The position numbers and the translations under genes are program-made. The notes beneath the pieces are model-generated. The model searched no databases and had not been told where the DNA came from. It saw only the letters and a program-made list of their open reading frames with translations. A DNA stretch of 64,000 nt, taken from Eledone cirrhosa (lineage: Eukaryota). Location: contig OZ024742.1 of NCBI GenBank assembly GCA_964016885.1, positions 129,084,001 through 129,148,000 of the forward strand, in the 5' to 3' direction. Of the stretch, positions 12,971 to 27,817 are shown in pieces (the first letter of the stretch is position 1; the number at the start of each line of letters is the position of its first letter).

Positions 12971-15900
12971 TCAAGATTTAAAAAATAGTTCACACTCTTG
13001 ATGATTTAGCAGAAAATATCTAAAAATAGATATATTAATTTATGTTTGTTAACAGTATCTTTACGAGTGAACAGATTATTTTGAAAATGTGCAATATTAG
13101 AGTAAAGATTTCAATTTTTAATGTGATGTAATCATAATGTTGTGTTGTATATTTCAAGATTGCCTTGCTAATGAAATTTCATGTGGTACAGGACATCAAG
13201 AGTTAAAATAATTGTTTCTACTTTTAGCACGAGGTCAGCAATTACCCAGTACATTACTGGTAATTTATTTTATCGACCCTGTAAGGATCAAAGGCAAAGT
13301 TAACCTCGGTGGGATTTGAACTCAGATCGTAAAGGGACGTAACTATGCTGCAAAGAATGGCGTCCGACCCTCTACCGATACTGCCAATTCACCAAAATAA
13401 TAATATTAAAAATACTAAAATTGAACAAGTCCATTTTGTTTCTCTTACCCTCCTTCCATTTTCTATATCCTCACCCATCTTATATTTATTTATTTCTCTT
13501 TACCTTATACTTTCTTTTTCATCTCTACTTTCTGTGAGGAAAACATTAGCAAGCAGCATCTAAATGCCAAAAGTTAATCTAAATCCTAACCAACCTAGAT
13601 AGACATTGTTAGGTTTCCTGCTCAAACTTATATTGGTAAACAGGTCTTGGGAAGCAAAAGAAGAAAGAAAAATCAGACTGAGAAGCAACAGTAATAGGAA
13701 TATTAAAAAAAATTATATAGATACATACGAGACAGGAAGCTTTTAACAGAATAATCATCTTAAAAGTCCTGTCAGAATGTATGCTAGTATGTTGAAACTG
13801 TCATTGTGTTTTCTTTGTTATATTAACAAGGGCATTGGGTTTGCACAATTGGTAGAGCATTGGACAAAATGCTTTGCCACATATATTTACGTCCCTTTAT
13901 GTTCTGTGTTTAAATCCCACTGGAGGTTAGCTGTGCCTTTCATCCTTACGAGGTCAATAAAATAAAATAGTTTTTGTAACATAACCTAACAAAAGGTTCT
14001 TACATCAAATTATTTTGAAATATTTTAATTTGAATAGGAACTCTTTAACTCTTAATGTCATGTTCCACACAAAACTGTTTTAGCAAAACAAAAGAGCACT
14101 ATGGCTGCATCACATTAAACTGAACATTTTCACAAAGACCTGTCCACTAGTAAAAAGACACTATACGCAGTTGACTAAACAAACCCATTTTAGACATTTT
14201 CTGCAAAATCATTATTTCAGTTGATGGATGTTTTGTTTCATAGGATCAGAGGTAGTTTAGGCAAGTTGGCAGCAGGAGGAAGTCGATGAATAAGATCCCA
14301 GGCCTAATTTGCTTACCAAGTGAGATGGACCTCGCCAAATCAGACCAGAGAAACAATGTTTCCATTGGTCTCTCCATTGCTGATACTATTTACCAGTTGC
14401 AGCTCCTGGCAGAAAGAGCAACATAACACATCAAGGACGTAATGCATCGCCCGGTCCAGGAATCAAACTCGCAACCTCCCAATTGTGAATCCAATTCTTT
14501 AACCACAAAGCCACGCACATTCAAAGGTTGGTATTAAAGGGATTAAACCAAGGAATAATAATAATAATATGGTAAGACAGCATTGTAAAGCAAATTTAGA
14601 AGAATGTCTAGATGAATGCTAAATCTTGGTACTCACTTCAAGGAAACTGGAATTCCCAGAGATAATGTTTTAGGAGATTTGAGGATCCAGAGTATTGATA
14701 TAAATTATGATGCTTCAACATCACTGCAAAAGTTACATGTATGTACTTCATATGGCTGTTTTGTAAGATCTAAGACAAAGCAAGCATTACATGTAACAAC
14801 ATGGTTATAATCACTGAGAGTAACAGCTCTATTAGGGCCACTATATCTCACAATATACATACAACTGATAGTAACTAATCCTAAATCTTTTAGCCTTTAG
14901 CATTAAGAAGGGCATCCAGCCATAGAAACCATACCAAAATATGGAACGTTGAGCAAGATGTGGTCCTCCAACCAATCTAGTCTCGGATCATGTCAACCTT
15001 TAAAACCCAAGCCACCATGGAAAACAGATCTAAAATAATGATTATAGTGATGATGATTCCATAATAATTTAGCAGAAAATAGTTTAAAATGGTGTTTGTT
15101 AATCCAAACATTTATAGTATCTTTACTAGTATACTAGGTTGTTTTAAAAATTTGCCATAAACCAAAATAAAGACATTAAGTTTTTATATAATTCAGTCAC
15201 AGTGCTATTTTGTAATTTTTAAGAATGTCTTGTGTTTTTTAAGATATCAGGGAAAACTAGCTGCTATTTCTAACAGGGCAAGCAACTGAAAGTTAGTTTA
15301 ACATGATACAAAATAAATACATAAATGAATAAATAAATAAAATAAAAAGAAAGACAGACAGACAGAGAGAGCATTTTCTATCTATCTCTCTCTCTCTCTC
15401 TTTATGAGTGGGAGGAAAGAAAGGAGAAAAGGAGGACAGTAAGTTATGAAATTATATAAAAAGATGAAGATTGGAGTCAGTTATATTTCACTGGATTCTA
15501 AAGAAAAAGGTTATGGGGTGGAAAGGGGTGGAATACTAGAGAGAGAGAATGGCAAATGTTGACTTGAATTAAGTAATATCACTTTGATGCAAGCTAGAAG
15601 TCTCTATCATCAAATCTAAATGTGAATCTTGCCATTATCATTATCGTCATCACCATCGCCAACCTTACTGTTTCCATGCTGGCATGGGTTGGATGGATGT
15701 GTAGAATGACATATCACGATTTCTTTTGATCACATGCAGTCTCATCTGACTATCTGTCTGGCTGGAAACCTCAGATGTCGTCATACATCAATTACACTAC
15801 ACCCTCATCACTAAGGCCAATCCCTACCAGTCACACATTGTGTTTGTTTCCAACAACCATTAATTCCATGCAGAGCTCAAATGACATCAATAATAGTTTT

Positions 15901-16954
15901 TCATTTAGGCACAAGACCATCAATTTTACATTGAAGAGCAAGTCGATTAAACAGACCCTAATAACTTGACTGGTTCTTTACTTTATCAACCCTGGAAGGA
16001 AAAAAATAAAGTTGATCTCAGAAGGTAAAAGAGCCAGAAGCAATAGTACAAATCATTTTGTCTGATGCTCTACCAATTCTGCCAATGAAGAGAATGTATA
16101 GACTTAGTATTGAAAAACAGACACAAAAATAATTATGATATATCATGTGGGGAGTTTGAATAAGTGAATTGTTAAAGTATCAGATTACAGATGTACCATT
16201 GTGTCTGAGAAAGGTACATGTGATAAGCTAGTGTCTTATCCAGGGGAAGAATAATTACCTAAGACCACAATTCATACTCATTATGAAGTATTGTTTTACA
16301 GTGGAATACTTTTAGTTGTCTTTTATGACATGCAGTGATATGGTGTACCTATTCTAAATTGGAGACACACAGCAGAAAAAGGAGAGAAAAATAGAGGAAC
16401 GGGGGATTATAGGGAAAGAAAAAATGGAAGATAGAGTGCAAGAAAATAACTAACTCACAAGAGAAACTCCATTAAATAACCTTATTAACTCTTAGCATCA
16501 TGTAATGATTTTAGCAGAAAATATAAAAAATGCCTTTGTTAATTCAGATTTTTATAGTGTAGTTACTAATGGAGAGACTGTTGTGAAAATGTCCAACATT
16601 AGAGTAGAGATATTAACTTTTAATTTGTACGTACTTTTCCAGAATACCATGTTAATGTGGCTTGATGTGGTACCGGACATTAAGAGTTAAACAAACTAAG
16701 ACAGGTATTAAAATTAAAATCACAGCAAAAGCTTAACATATTTGTTTCTTAACCCCTTTGTTGCCATATTTCTAATAAAATACAATACTTATGATTTCAA
16801 ATAGTTTTGAAAATAATCAAGTATTTGGAAGGAAGCAAAGTTTCTTACAGAAAATTATGATGGAAGTTTTTTCCTTAGATAACTATAAACACTTGAAGGC
16901 AGTCTTATATCATATAACTAAGGTTGGTTTCTGGTGTTTTGGGACCAAAAGCAT

Positions 16955-17009
<55 letters not shown>

Positions 17010-17874
17010 AAAACATTTTTTTCATAAATTACTTCTCATTTTTCGTTGCCAAGATATTATTCCATGATGAACATGGTGAAGATAAAGTTATATTTCCCCA
17101 CTATAAACCCACCATACACCTGTTATCAGGGCTCTAAAACTATCAAAGAAGCTTCAATTTCTTTACTTAGTTTAGATAGAAGGGAAATAATAGTAATAAT
17201 AAAATGTGTCCCATTTTAAATGATTCAGTTGGTTCTTATATGTTTTGGTGATAAAGCAAGAGTAATTCTAAGAAATGCCAACAGCAGGGCTGATAACTAT
17301 GCCAATGTGTTCAAGTGATAGGAATCTCAATCTATATACTAATTCTTCTTTCCCTTCCTTTTGTTGCTTAATTCCTTTTTTCTTTTTCTTCTTTTCATCT
17401 CTTTTTTTTTTTTATAATTTCGTTCTCTTTAATAATGTATTTTGTTTTTGTATTAACAACTTTGTAAAATAAAATAGAAAGCAAGCCCTGTACCTGAATA
17501 CAAAAAAAGAAAGAAAAAAAAAATCTTGAACTAAATTTCCATTTTGAAGACTAAAACACAGCCCATTATTCAGTGAAGCAGTAAACTAACTGCCTTGGGA
17601 TAAAATGTCAGTCAGCTTTATATCACCATGTAATTCTAACATCTGAATTTTATTAGTCTCATAATTTATTGTGTTGAGAGATCCATGTGGCTAAAGGAAC
17701 CCTACTTTAATCATTCAGCTGTATGTAGCCTGCAGGAAAAGAACCAGCACTAGCTTTGTTGTGCCAGAGTAATCTACAGTTTTGCATGTGGGGTGCTCCA
17801 AATTTGCCACCATCCTATCATTTTTTTTGGAGGGGGGAGGGGTTATTTCTTGTGCTTCACTGTTGTTTCTTTAC

Positions 17875-17955
<81 letters not shown>

Positions 17956-19018
17956 CAAACCCAATATGATACTGGTACTTTATCAACCTCGAAAGAATGA
18001 AAGGCACAGTTGACCTTGATAGGATTTGAACTCAGAGAACCAGAATGAATATTGTAAAGCATTTTATCTGTCAATTTACCACTTTCTATAAGTATACTTA
18101 TGACTAATATAGTCTTTATAAACCATAACCAGTTGAGTTTATGGAGTAAGAATCCCTTGTTGACAAGGGGGATATCCACATGGTAGTGGATATCCTGTGT
18201 ATAAATTTAACTCTTTTGATATTACTGTCCCTTGGTTCAATGATTTTTAAGTGTTTGTATTTATCTAAAAAAATTCCATCATAATTTTATAAGAACCTAA
18301 GTTGTACAAAACAGCACCATGACTGCATCACATTAAAAATTAAAGTCTTTAGTCATACACTGCACATTTTCATAATCTGTCCTTTAGTCAAGATACTATA
18401 AGCATTGGAATGTACCAACCACATGAAACTCCATTAGCAAGACATTCTTGAAAAGTACAAAACATTTCTATGACTGCATCATATTAAAAATTAATGTCTT
18501 TAGTCTTATACTGTAAATTTTTACAATCATCTGTTCACTAGTAAAGATACTATACACATTTGAATTAACAAACCAGTTTTTAAAGATATTTACTGCAAAA
18601 TCATTATAGGGTGTAACAAGTTATATACTGTAACAGTATAAATAAACAAATAAAAATAAGACTTATAAGGAGTGGAAGGAAAGTATATCTAATGTTTAAA
18701 GCTGAAGACTTCATCAGAGATTAAAAGAATATGAGATGACAGTTCTTGTTAAAAAGAGGGCTGTAGCAAGCAGCTGTCTGATGTTTTAATAGATACTATT
18801 GGGCAGTGAGCTTAGATTAGTATTTGTTTCAGGTGCTTCCTAACTACCCTGTTCTAATAAAGTACAAAGGGCTCTATATTTTAGTGTGTATAGAACAGGA
18901 GATGTGATGTTTATGGCTGACATATTCTCTAGGTCAGTGGTTTTCAGAGAACCCGGTCAAGTCTTTCCCCTTAGGGTTTCCTCAATTTCTCCCATATTTT
19001 GAATACTATATTTCTAAT

Positions 19019-19228
19019 CTAACCCTTTAGCATTTACATTACTCTCTCTATATATACTGTTGTATTTTTTTGTTAAAGTCTTTATCTTACATAATTATCT
19101 CACATAATATTGAACCTATGAGATTTTGTTATTTATTTTGAGAACAATACCTTAACATTGGTATGAATAGCTGGTTACAGCCAGTTTGAACAGAAAGAGG
19201 TGAGAGAATTCTGGCTGGATATGACTGG
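19019..19228. mobile_element. TTAA-flanked MITE (piggyBac-like CCCT...AGGG ends); related copies at about 16750-16950, 20095-20352, 33731-34020, 35660-35900, 60697-61971
   Basis: TIR taaccctttagcattta / taaatgctaaagggttaa. Confidence 0.7.
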
Positions 19229-19570
19229 TTTAAATGCTAAAGGGTTAAAACACTACTAATGATTTTCAAATAAATTTTTAAATAATCAAGAATTTGGGGG
19301 GATTTAATAATATAATTGATTAACTTGTTCATTTTTAAGCTCATGCTTGGAACATAACTTAATGGTTCTTGCATAAAATTATGATGGCAGATTTTTAGAT
19401 AACTATAAATACTTTAAAACAAATAGCTTTGTATCATAGAACCAGACAATTTGATGTCAAAAGGGTTACTTATCTCATAATTCTTTCACCCTCATATTTC
19501 TATAGTGTTAATTATTAAAACAATTTATTAAAGTATAAGGTGTTGTGAACTGTTATTTGCAATCATCCTT

Positions 19571-19923
19571 ATAGTTGTCCCCTGGTATTAGTGGGGATTA
19601 CGTTCCTAGAGTACCCGTGAAGAGGGAAAAACCTCAAATATTGGACGTCGTCCATAAAAATGCCTATAAACGTCAAAATATAATAAAAAAAGAGGGAGCA
19701 TCTTATGCGAATAGGTGTCCAATAGGCCAGCAAATACGGTATATTGTTATTGATAATTTAGCATTAAAAATAAAATCTATATTGCCACGAAAAAAGGTGT
19801 AAAAAAATCGTGGAAGATATTTACAATTCCTCGAATATGCAGTGGTTTCCATTAACAAATATTAGTTAGGTTCTAAGGAAAATTATGTGAATAACCAGGA
19901 CCGTGAATGTCGGGGGTACACTG
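19571..19923. mobile_element. Tigger/pogo-like MITE
   Basis: Starts tagttgtcccctggtattagtgggg-attacgttcc and ends ccgtgaatgtcgggggtacactg-TA, a Tigger-type terminus. Confidence 0.6.
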
Positions 19924-20591
19924 TATTGGTATTTCATTTTATAAATACACAATATACACTATTTTTTTTTCTAGTTTAACCTCACCCCCACTAACATTCC
20001 TCCTCCCTTGGCTAAAATCTCTAAAGTGCCTCCCATTTGAGAATCACTGCTCTAGGTTATTTGAACCATGTGAAGTTTGAAATGTGGTAGATTTAACACT
20101 TTTGATATCAGTCTAACTGAAACCGCCCTTGGTTCTAGGATGCTAAGCTGTTTATTTTAAAGTGTTTATATCTATTTAAAAAAAATTCTGCCGTAACTTT
20201 GTGTAAGTACTTTTGTTAAGTTATATTCTAAACATCCGCTTGAGACCTTGAGATAGTTATATTACTAAACTTTTCCAAATACTTGAAAACTTTCAAAATT
20301 ATTTTAAAATTAGTGTTTTTTCTTTAGAAATATAGTAATGAATGGATTAAATTCTATCATAGTTTTTTTTTCTTCTTGGGCTAATTTATAGCTGAATGTA
20401 TCTTGTTTCTATGATGTTCACCATCAAAGTTTGATACACTGTCACAAAGATAATATCATTGCCAATAACAGGATAGACATTCATATAATACTATCTATTC
20501 AACCAGTCAAACTTGTTATGTTTTGTTTATTTCTCTCTCTCTCTCTCTGTAGACACACTCATGATAGTAAGTACACTCACACAAACCTATA

Positions 20592-20622
<31 letters not shown>

Positions 20623-20676
20623 ATGTATGTGCATATAAGATCTGAAAGGCTTATTGATTGATTTATATATATATAT

Positions 20677-20735
<59 letters not shown>

Positions 20736-21089
20736 CATTATACATCATACATATGTATATTTTTAGTCATTAATTAAGAAAAGGAAAAAGAAAAACCCAA
20801 TGAGGCACAAAACAAACAACAAACATAGAAAAGACAAAAACGAACTCAGAAATAAATGGTTTAGAAAACTATTTTTATAGGAAAGCTTTTAAAGCTAAGC
20901 TATTCTGGCATCTAAACTAGCAAAGTAACAGATAAATGTGGCAGGTAAATAAAATACCACCAACAAAAAATACATAAATAATGAAATAAAACAAAATAAA
21001 AAATGGTTTGTGTTGCAGGTAGAAAAGAAACACAATCTACCTGGAAATATTCGCAGCATAACGTTAATGAACAAACAAATGTATATGTG

Positions 21090-21136
<47 letters not shown>

Positions 21137-21139
21137 GTA

Positions 21140-21242
<103 letters not shown>

Positions 21243-21244
21243 CT

Positions 21245-24200
21245 TTCTCTCTCTCTCTCTCGGCCTGCTGAAATCGCCTCTCACCCCCTCACTCTCACTA
21301 TCATATACGCTGCTCTCACACTCCCCCTCACTCCTTGCCAACCAAATATAAATAAGTCTTGCTACAGGGGACTAAACCCAGAATTTGTCTCCTATTATTG
21401 ATGGTCGCTTGTTCAGTTTTCTTCTACGAAATGTAACGTACATATTCATTTCTTCTCAACTCTCCACATTTGGTTCATTCATCTATATATCTTACAATCC
21501 CCCAGAATCAAGAATCGTATTCAAAATTGGCTTTCTATAATTCTGTTCTGTCTCACCGTTGTTCTAAAAATAATTCTGCTCCTCGCATCTATATATCTTA
21601 CAATCCCCCAGAATCAAAAAATCATGTTCATAATTGTTTGTCTTTCTACAATTCTAAATTATATTCCCGCAACCATTTTGGCCGAAAAAAAAATTATGCC
21701 AGGTTAAATTAGGGATTGCCCTCTATCTCTCTCTTGGCCTGCTGAAATCGCCTCTCACCCCCTCACTCTCACATACGCTGCTCTCACACTCCCCCTCACT
21801 CCTTGCCAACCAAATATAAATAAGCCATGCTACAGGGGACTAAACCCAGAATTTGTCTCCTATTATTGATGGTCGCTTATTCAGTTTTCTTCTACGAAAT
21901 GTAACGTACATATCCATTTCTTCTCAACTTTCCACATTCGGTTCATTCATCTATATATCTTACAATCCCCCAGAATCAAAAAAATCGTATTCAAAATTGG
22001 CTTTCTATAATTCTGTTCTGTCTCACCGTTGTTCTAAAAATAATTCTGCTCCTCGCAAACTACCCCATACCCCTCCCTCCCGCCCCCACTCTCCACCTTA
22101 TTATTTGGACCAATCACAAGTAAACGACCTATGCTAGCACTTCTGGTTGCTTTTTCGATATGATGGATGAACTAGGGAATTTCTGGAGAGTCAGAAGAAT
22201 CTGGACACCCGAAGACAATGCAAAAGATAACGACAAATTCACCTCATGCTGCCGGACGAAAGGGCAAAGCCCCACCCTCTTTGTTGCGGCCGCGGATGGC
22301 CAACATAACCCCAACCCCATCAACCACACCCCTCCCTGCACCCCACCCACCAAACGCAATCCAAAACTTCAGAGTTGGTACCATGAATGTAGGGACCTTA
22401 AAAGGCCGCTCAAACGAGGTTGTAGAAATGCTTGAACGTAAGGAGGTTGATGTCTGCTGCATCCAAGAGACCAGGTGGAGGGGCAGGTCTGCTAGATTCA
22501 TTGTGGGTAAAAAACGATGCTATAAGCTTTTCTGGGTGGGAAATGACAATGGGCTGGGTGGGGTAGGAATCATGTTAGCAGAAAAATGGGTGGATAAGAT
22601 AATAGACGTAAATAGAGTAAACGACAGAATAATTAAAATAAGACTTGTTCTAAATAGAACTACTGTGACGATAATATCTGCGTACGCGCCCCAATCCGGA
22701 CTGCCTTGCGCTATAAAAGACACTTTCTATGAGACACTGATGCTCACTACCTCCCAAATGACCGACAGTGACTATATAATTATTGCTGGCGACCTAAATG
22801 GTCACGTTGGACAACATTGTGACGGCTATGATGAAATCCATGGAGGCTATGGGTTTGGTACTAGAAATGAGGAAGGCTCCAGAATCCTGGAATTCTGTGA
22901 CGCAATTAACCTAACAATCTGTAACACTAACTTCAAAAAACGAGACAATCACTTGATCACCTACAGATCAGGGGAACATACCAGCCAGGTAGATTATATC
23001 CTTCCCAGAAGACGTGACAGTGACTGTTGTAAACACTAAATCCCTTCCCCATGAAGAATGCACCTCCCAACATAGACTGATAATTAGCGACCTCATAATC
23101 AGGACGAGACGTACTCGACAGCAGAAGAGGACTATCCTCAGGAGAAAAATATGGAAGCTAAAGGACCCCACAGCCAGAAATAAATTTCAAAGCATATTAC
23201 TTGATGCTTTCGACAGTAAGGAAGAGCATTTAGAGTCGGACAATATAGAGGGACAGTGGGAATTCCTGAACGCAAACCTGCTGATGGCGGCAGACGAAGT
23301 CTGTGGCCGGAGCAGGCCTATAGGCAGGAGGAGAGTAACATGGTGGTGGAACAGTAAGGTGGAGGAGTCGATTAAGGCCAAAAAGCAGGCTTGGAAAGTA
23401 TGGCGGGGTGGGGGAAGTAGAGAAGACTATCAAGTGGCCAGGAGGGAAGCTAGGGGACAAGTGTACTTCGCAAGAAGGGAAGCAGAGGAAAGAAAGTTCA
23501 AGCATGTTCTACAACGCGAGGACCAAAAACGTGAGGTGTTCAGGATTGCTAGGCAATGTGTCAAGGAAAACCGTGATATTGTTGGGGAGAAGTGTGTACT
23601 AAATGATGATGGTGTACTCGCCATCACTGACACTGATAAGAAGGTCGCTTGGAAGTGTTACTACGAGAGGCTACTAAATGAGGAGAATAAATGGGAGAAA
23701 GACAGTCTCCCCCAGATCGATCCAATAGAGGGACCAGCAGTGTTAGTTGAAGGTAATCAAAGATATGAAGACGAGTAAGGCGGCTGGGCCCTCGGAAATA
23801 GTTGCTGAGATGCTGAAGGCCTCTGGAACGGTGGGACACACCATGGTCACCCGGATAGTAAACCAAGTCATACAGAATGGGGTTGTTCCAAAGGACTGGC
23901 GTAGCAGCATCATCATTAACTGTTACAAGGGTAAAGGAGACGCCCTAGATAGGAGTAACTATAGAGGCATTAAATTAATCGACCAGGTCATGAAGGTCAC
24001 GGAAAAAGTAATAGTGCAACTAATCAGAGAGAGAATCGATCTAGATGAAATGCAGTTCGGGTTTGTGTCAGGCAAAAGTACCACAGACGCTCTTTTCATT
24101 GTACGACAACTACAGGAGAAGTACCTAGCTAAAAGTAAACCCCTATACTTAGCCTTTGTCGACTTGGAGAAAGCCTTCGACAGAGTCCCCCATTCCATTA

Positions 24201-25857
24201 TCTGGTGGGCTCTTAGAAAACTAGGTGTTGACGAATGGCTTGTGAGAGCTATACAAGCCATGTATAAAGAAACAGTGAGCAAGGTTAGAATTAACAAAGA
24301 ATATAGTGAAGAGTTTAGCGTAAAAGTTGGTGTCCATAAGGGCTCTGTTCTTAGCCCCCTACTATTTATTATTGCTCTTCAGGCTATAACAGAGGAGGTC
24401 AAGACCGGCTGCCCATGGGAACTCCTATACGCAGATGACCTAACGCTCATAGCTGAATCAATGGCCGAGCTAGAGAAGAAATTCCAAACATGGAAGCACG
24501 GCCTAGAATCAAAAGGCCTTAAAATTAACCTGGCTAAGACTAAAGTTCTAGTTTGTAGGAAAGAAAATAAGGCGCTGGTCCCTTCCGGGAAATGGCCATG
24601 CTCAGTGTGTAGGAAAGGCGTAGGTAGAAACTCCATTTTATGTCCCAAATGCAAAGTATGGGTGCATAAAAGATGTAGTGGGATCACAGGTAAGCTAACT
24701 AAGAACACAGATTTTACATGTGGCCGGTGCTCTGGTGCAATAAGTAGCAGCAAGTGCCCACAAATACTAGCTCTTTCAACTGTGCAGAGGGTTCTATAGA
24801 AATAGTGGACAGCTTCCGTTACCTGGGTGACAAAATCAGCAGTGGGGGAGAGTGCTCTGAAAGTACAGTAGCTAGAGTTAGAACTGGATGGAAAAAGTTC
24901 AGAGAGCTTATACCACTATTAGCCGCTAAAGGGTTCTCCCTAAAAATGAAAGGCAGGTTGTATGATGCCTGCATACGAACAGCAATGTTGCATGGCAGTG
25001 AGACCTGGGCATTGTGTGCAGAGGATATACGCAGACTAGAGAGGAACGAAGCTTGCATGCTCCGCTGGATGTGTCATAGTAATATATGCGAACGGCAAAG
25101 CATAAACGAACTAAGGAAAAAATTAGAAATAAGAGGGATCAGATGTTGTTTACTCGAGAGAAGGCTACGTTGGTATGGTCACGTGATGCGCATGAAAGAC
25201 GACAGCTGTATAGCAAAGTGCAGGGCAATAAAGATAGACGGTAGCCACGGAGTAGGCAGACCCAGAAAAACCTGGGACGAGCTGATAAATTCCGACCTCA
25301 CACACTTACACCTCTCCAAGACAATGCCACTGGACCGAGACCTTTGGCGGTACTCAGTAATAGAGAAGACCCGCCTTAACTAAATACGAAGTAAGACCTA
25401 CTACAGTCAGTAGGCATCTCTAACAAAATACACCCCCGTCCTACCACCCCTTTCAATGTAAAGTTATGTTGGTGCCACAAAATCCAGGCCGGAACAAATG
25501 AGATCGTGTAGGTGTCACGACAAAAAAACACACAGTCCACGCTGTAATGTGACCGTGTAGGCAACACGGTAAAAACCTCCCAGTCCCACACTGTAAATGT
25601 GGTTGGTGTTAGGAAGGGCATCCAGCTGTAGAAAACCCGCCAGACAGTCCACGCTGTAATGTGGCCGTGGAGGCAACACGGTAAAAACCTCCCAGCCCCA
25701 CACTGTAAATGTGGTTGGTGTTAGGAAGGGCATCCAACTGTAGAAAACCCGCCAGACAGTCCTATACGAGCAAGACAACCTCTCTTGCCTCAAGTGGGAA
25801 AACTCCCGTCCAAACCCATGCAAGCGTGGAACATGGACGTTAAACGATGATGATGAT
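21245..25857 (+). mobile_element. Near-full-length RTE-clade LINE inserted in (TA)n
   Basis: Probable 5'UTR with an internal duplication, APE+RT coding region, 3'UTR with tandem repeats and (gat)n tail; TA arrays on both flanks. Confidence 0.9.
22218..25383 (+). pseudogene. RTE ORF (AP endonuclease, reverse transcriptase, PHD-like zinc finger, C-terminal domain) split by three frameshifts (about 23010, 23750, 24760)
   Basis: ORFs 22218-23039, 23014-23778, 23747-24799 and 24754-25383. APE motifs TMNVGT, IQETRW, SAYAPQ, AGDLNGHVG, SQVDY; RT motifs NYRGI, QFGF, DLEKAFD, GVHKGSVLSPLLF, YADD; C-terminal RRLRWYGHV, GRPRKTW. Confidence 0.92.
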
Positions 25858-26012
25858 ATATGTATATATATATGTATATATGTATATATATATATATATA
25901 TGTATATATATGTATATATATGTATATATATATATATATATATGTATGTATATATATATATATATATGTATATATATGTATATATATATATATATAAATA
26001 TATATATATATG

Positions 26013-26063
<51 letters not shown>

Positions 26064-26096
26064 ATATATATATGTATGTATATATATATATGTATG

Positions 26097-26127
<31 letters not shown>

Positions 26128-26150
26128 ATATATATATATATATATGTATG

Positions 26151-26207
<57 letters not shown>

Positions 26208-26238
26208 GTATATATATATATATGTATATATATATATG

Positions 26239-26447
<209 letters not shown>

Positions 26448-26452
26448 GTATG

Positions 26453-26489
<37 letters not shown>

Positions 26490-26650
26490 GTATATATATA
26501 TATGTATATATTAGAAAGTGAGGTTTTTTTTACAAAATGAAAAATAACCGAGGTGTCCTACACGAGTGGAAGTATAAAGAAAAAGAGATGAAATCGAAAA
26601 TGCAACTGAAGTCTTATTTTTAAAAAAAATATATATATATTTATTTGGTT

Positions 26651-26688
26651 CCTTTACCGGTTTCGCAGTTCTTCTGCTTTTCAAAAGG
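26651..26688 (-). ncRNA. Minimal type I hammerhead ribozyme, U3-A8 core variant, in a short insert (26512-26720)
   Basis: Minus strand: cctt-TTGAAAA-gcag-aagaa-ctgc-GAAA-ccgg-TA-aagg. Stems I and II are perfect and the stem III segment is palindromic. Confidence 0.75.
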
Positions 26689-26718
26689 TGAGTTGAGATG
26701 GAGGGTCTGTGGTTTTTC

Positions 26719-26749
<31 letters not shown>

Positions 26750-26886
26750 GTATATATGTATATATATATATGTATATATATATATGTATATATGTATATA
26801 TATATATGTATATATATATATGTATATATATATATGTATATGTATATATATGTATATATATATATGTATATGTATATATAAATATG

Positions 26887-26933
<47 letters not shown>

Positions 26934-26978
26934 GTATATATATGTATATATATATATGTATATGTATATATAAATATG

Positions 26979-27093
<115 letters not shown>

Positions 27094-27182
27094 ATATATA
27101 TATGTATATATATATATGTATATATATATATGTATATGTATATATATGTATATATATATATGTATATGTATATATAAATATG

Positions 27183-27335
<153 letters not shown>

Positions 27336-27418
27336 GTGTATATATATATGTATATATATATATATGTATATATATATGTATATATATATGTATATATATA
27401 TATGTATATATATATATG

Positions 27419-27449
<31 letters not shown>

Positions 27450-27456
27450 GTATATA

Positions 27457-27556
<100 letters not shown>

Positions 27557-27774
27557 TAAGTTAGAAGTGTACATCCACATATGTATACTGAAATACTAGT
27601 ATGCATATAAATACACACACGTATACATATGTAGATGTACCGAGTTTTTCACTGGACACTTTACTGTGAGTGTTCAGCTAGTCTGTATGTAAACACACAG
27701 ACAAACCGGTTTTTAGAGTCATACTGGTTTTCGAGGAAACACCTTTCCTCTATTCTCCAGAGGGCCAGACAGGA

Positions 27775-27817
27775 ATATTGGACTAGTTTCGATGTTGTTA
27801 CATCTCATCAGCAATAT
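27775..27817 (-). ncRNA. Minimal type I hammerhead ribozyme (intact core)
   Basis: Minus strand: atattg-CTGATGA-gatgt-aaca-acatc-GAAA-ctag-TC-caatat; predicted cleavage after GUC (between 27781 and 27780). Confidence 0.88.

Larger units (their letters stand above)
18935..20049. mobile_element. hAT (Charlie-like) non-autonomous element with nested MITEs
   Basis: Ends cagtggttttca ... tgagaatcactg; perfect 8-bp target duplication CTCTAGGT at 18927-18934 and 20050-20057. Confidence 0.8.

Noticed and set aside
18686-18722. Degenerate hammerhead-like strings (also about 11840-11880, 32927-32946, 45295-45330, 45830-45860)
   Set aside because: Cores or stems are too eroded to support by eye; they may be old Penelope relics but were not counted.
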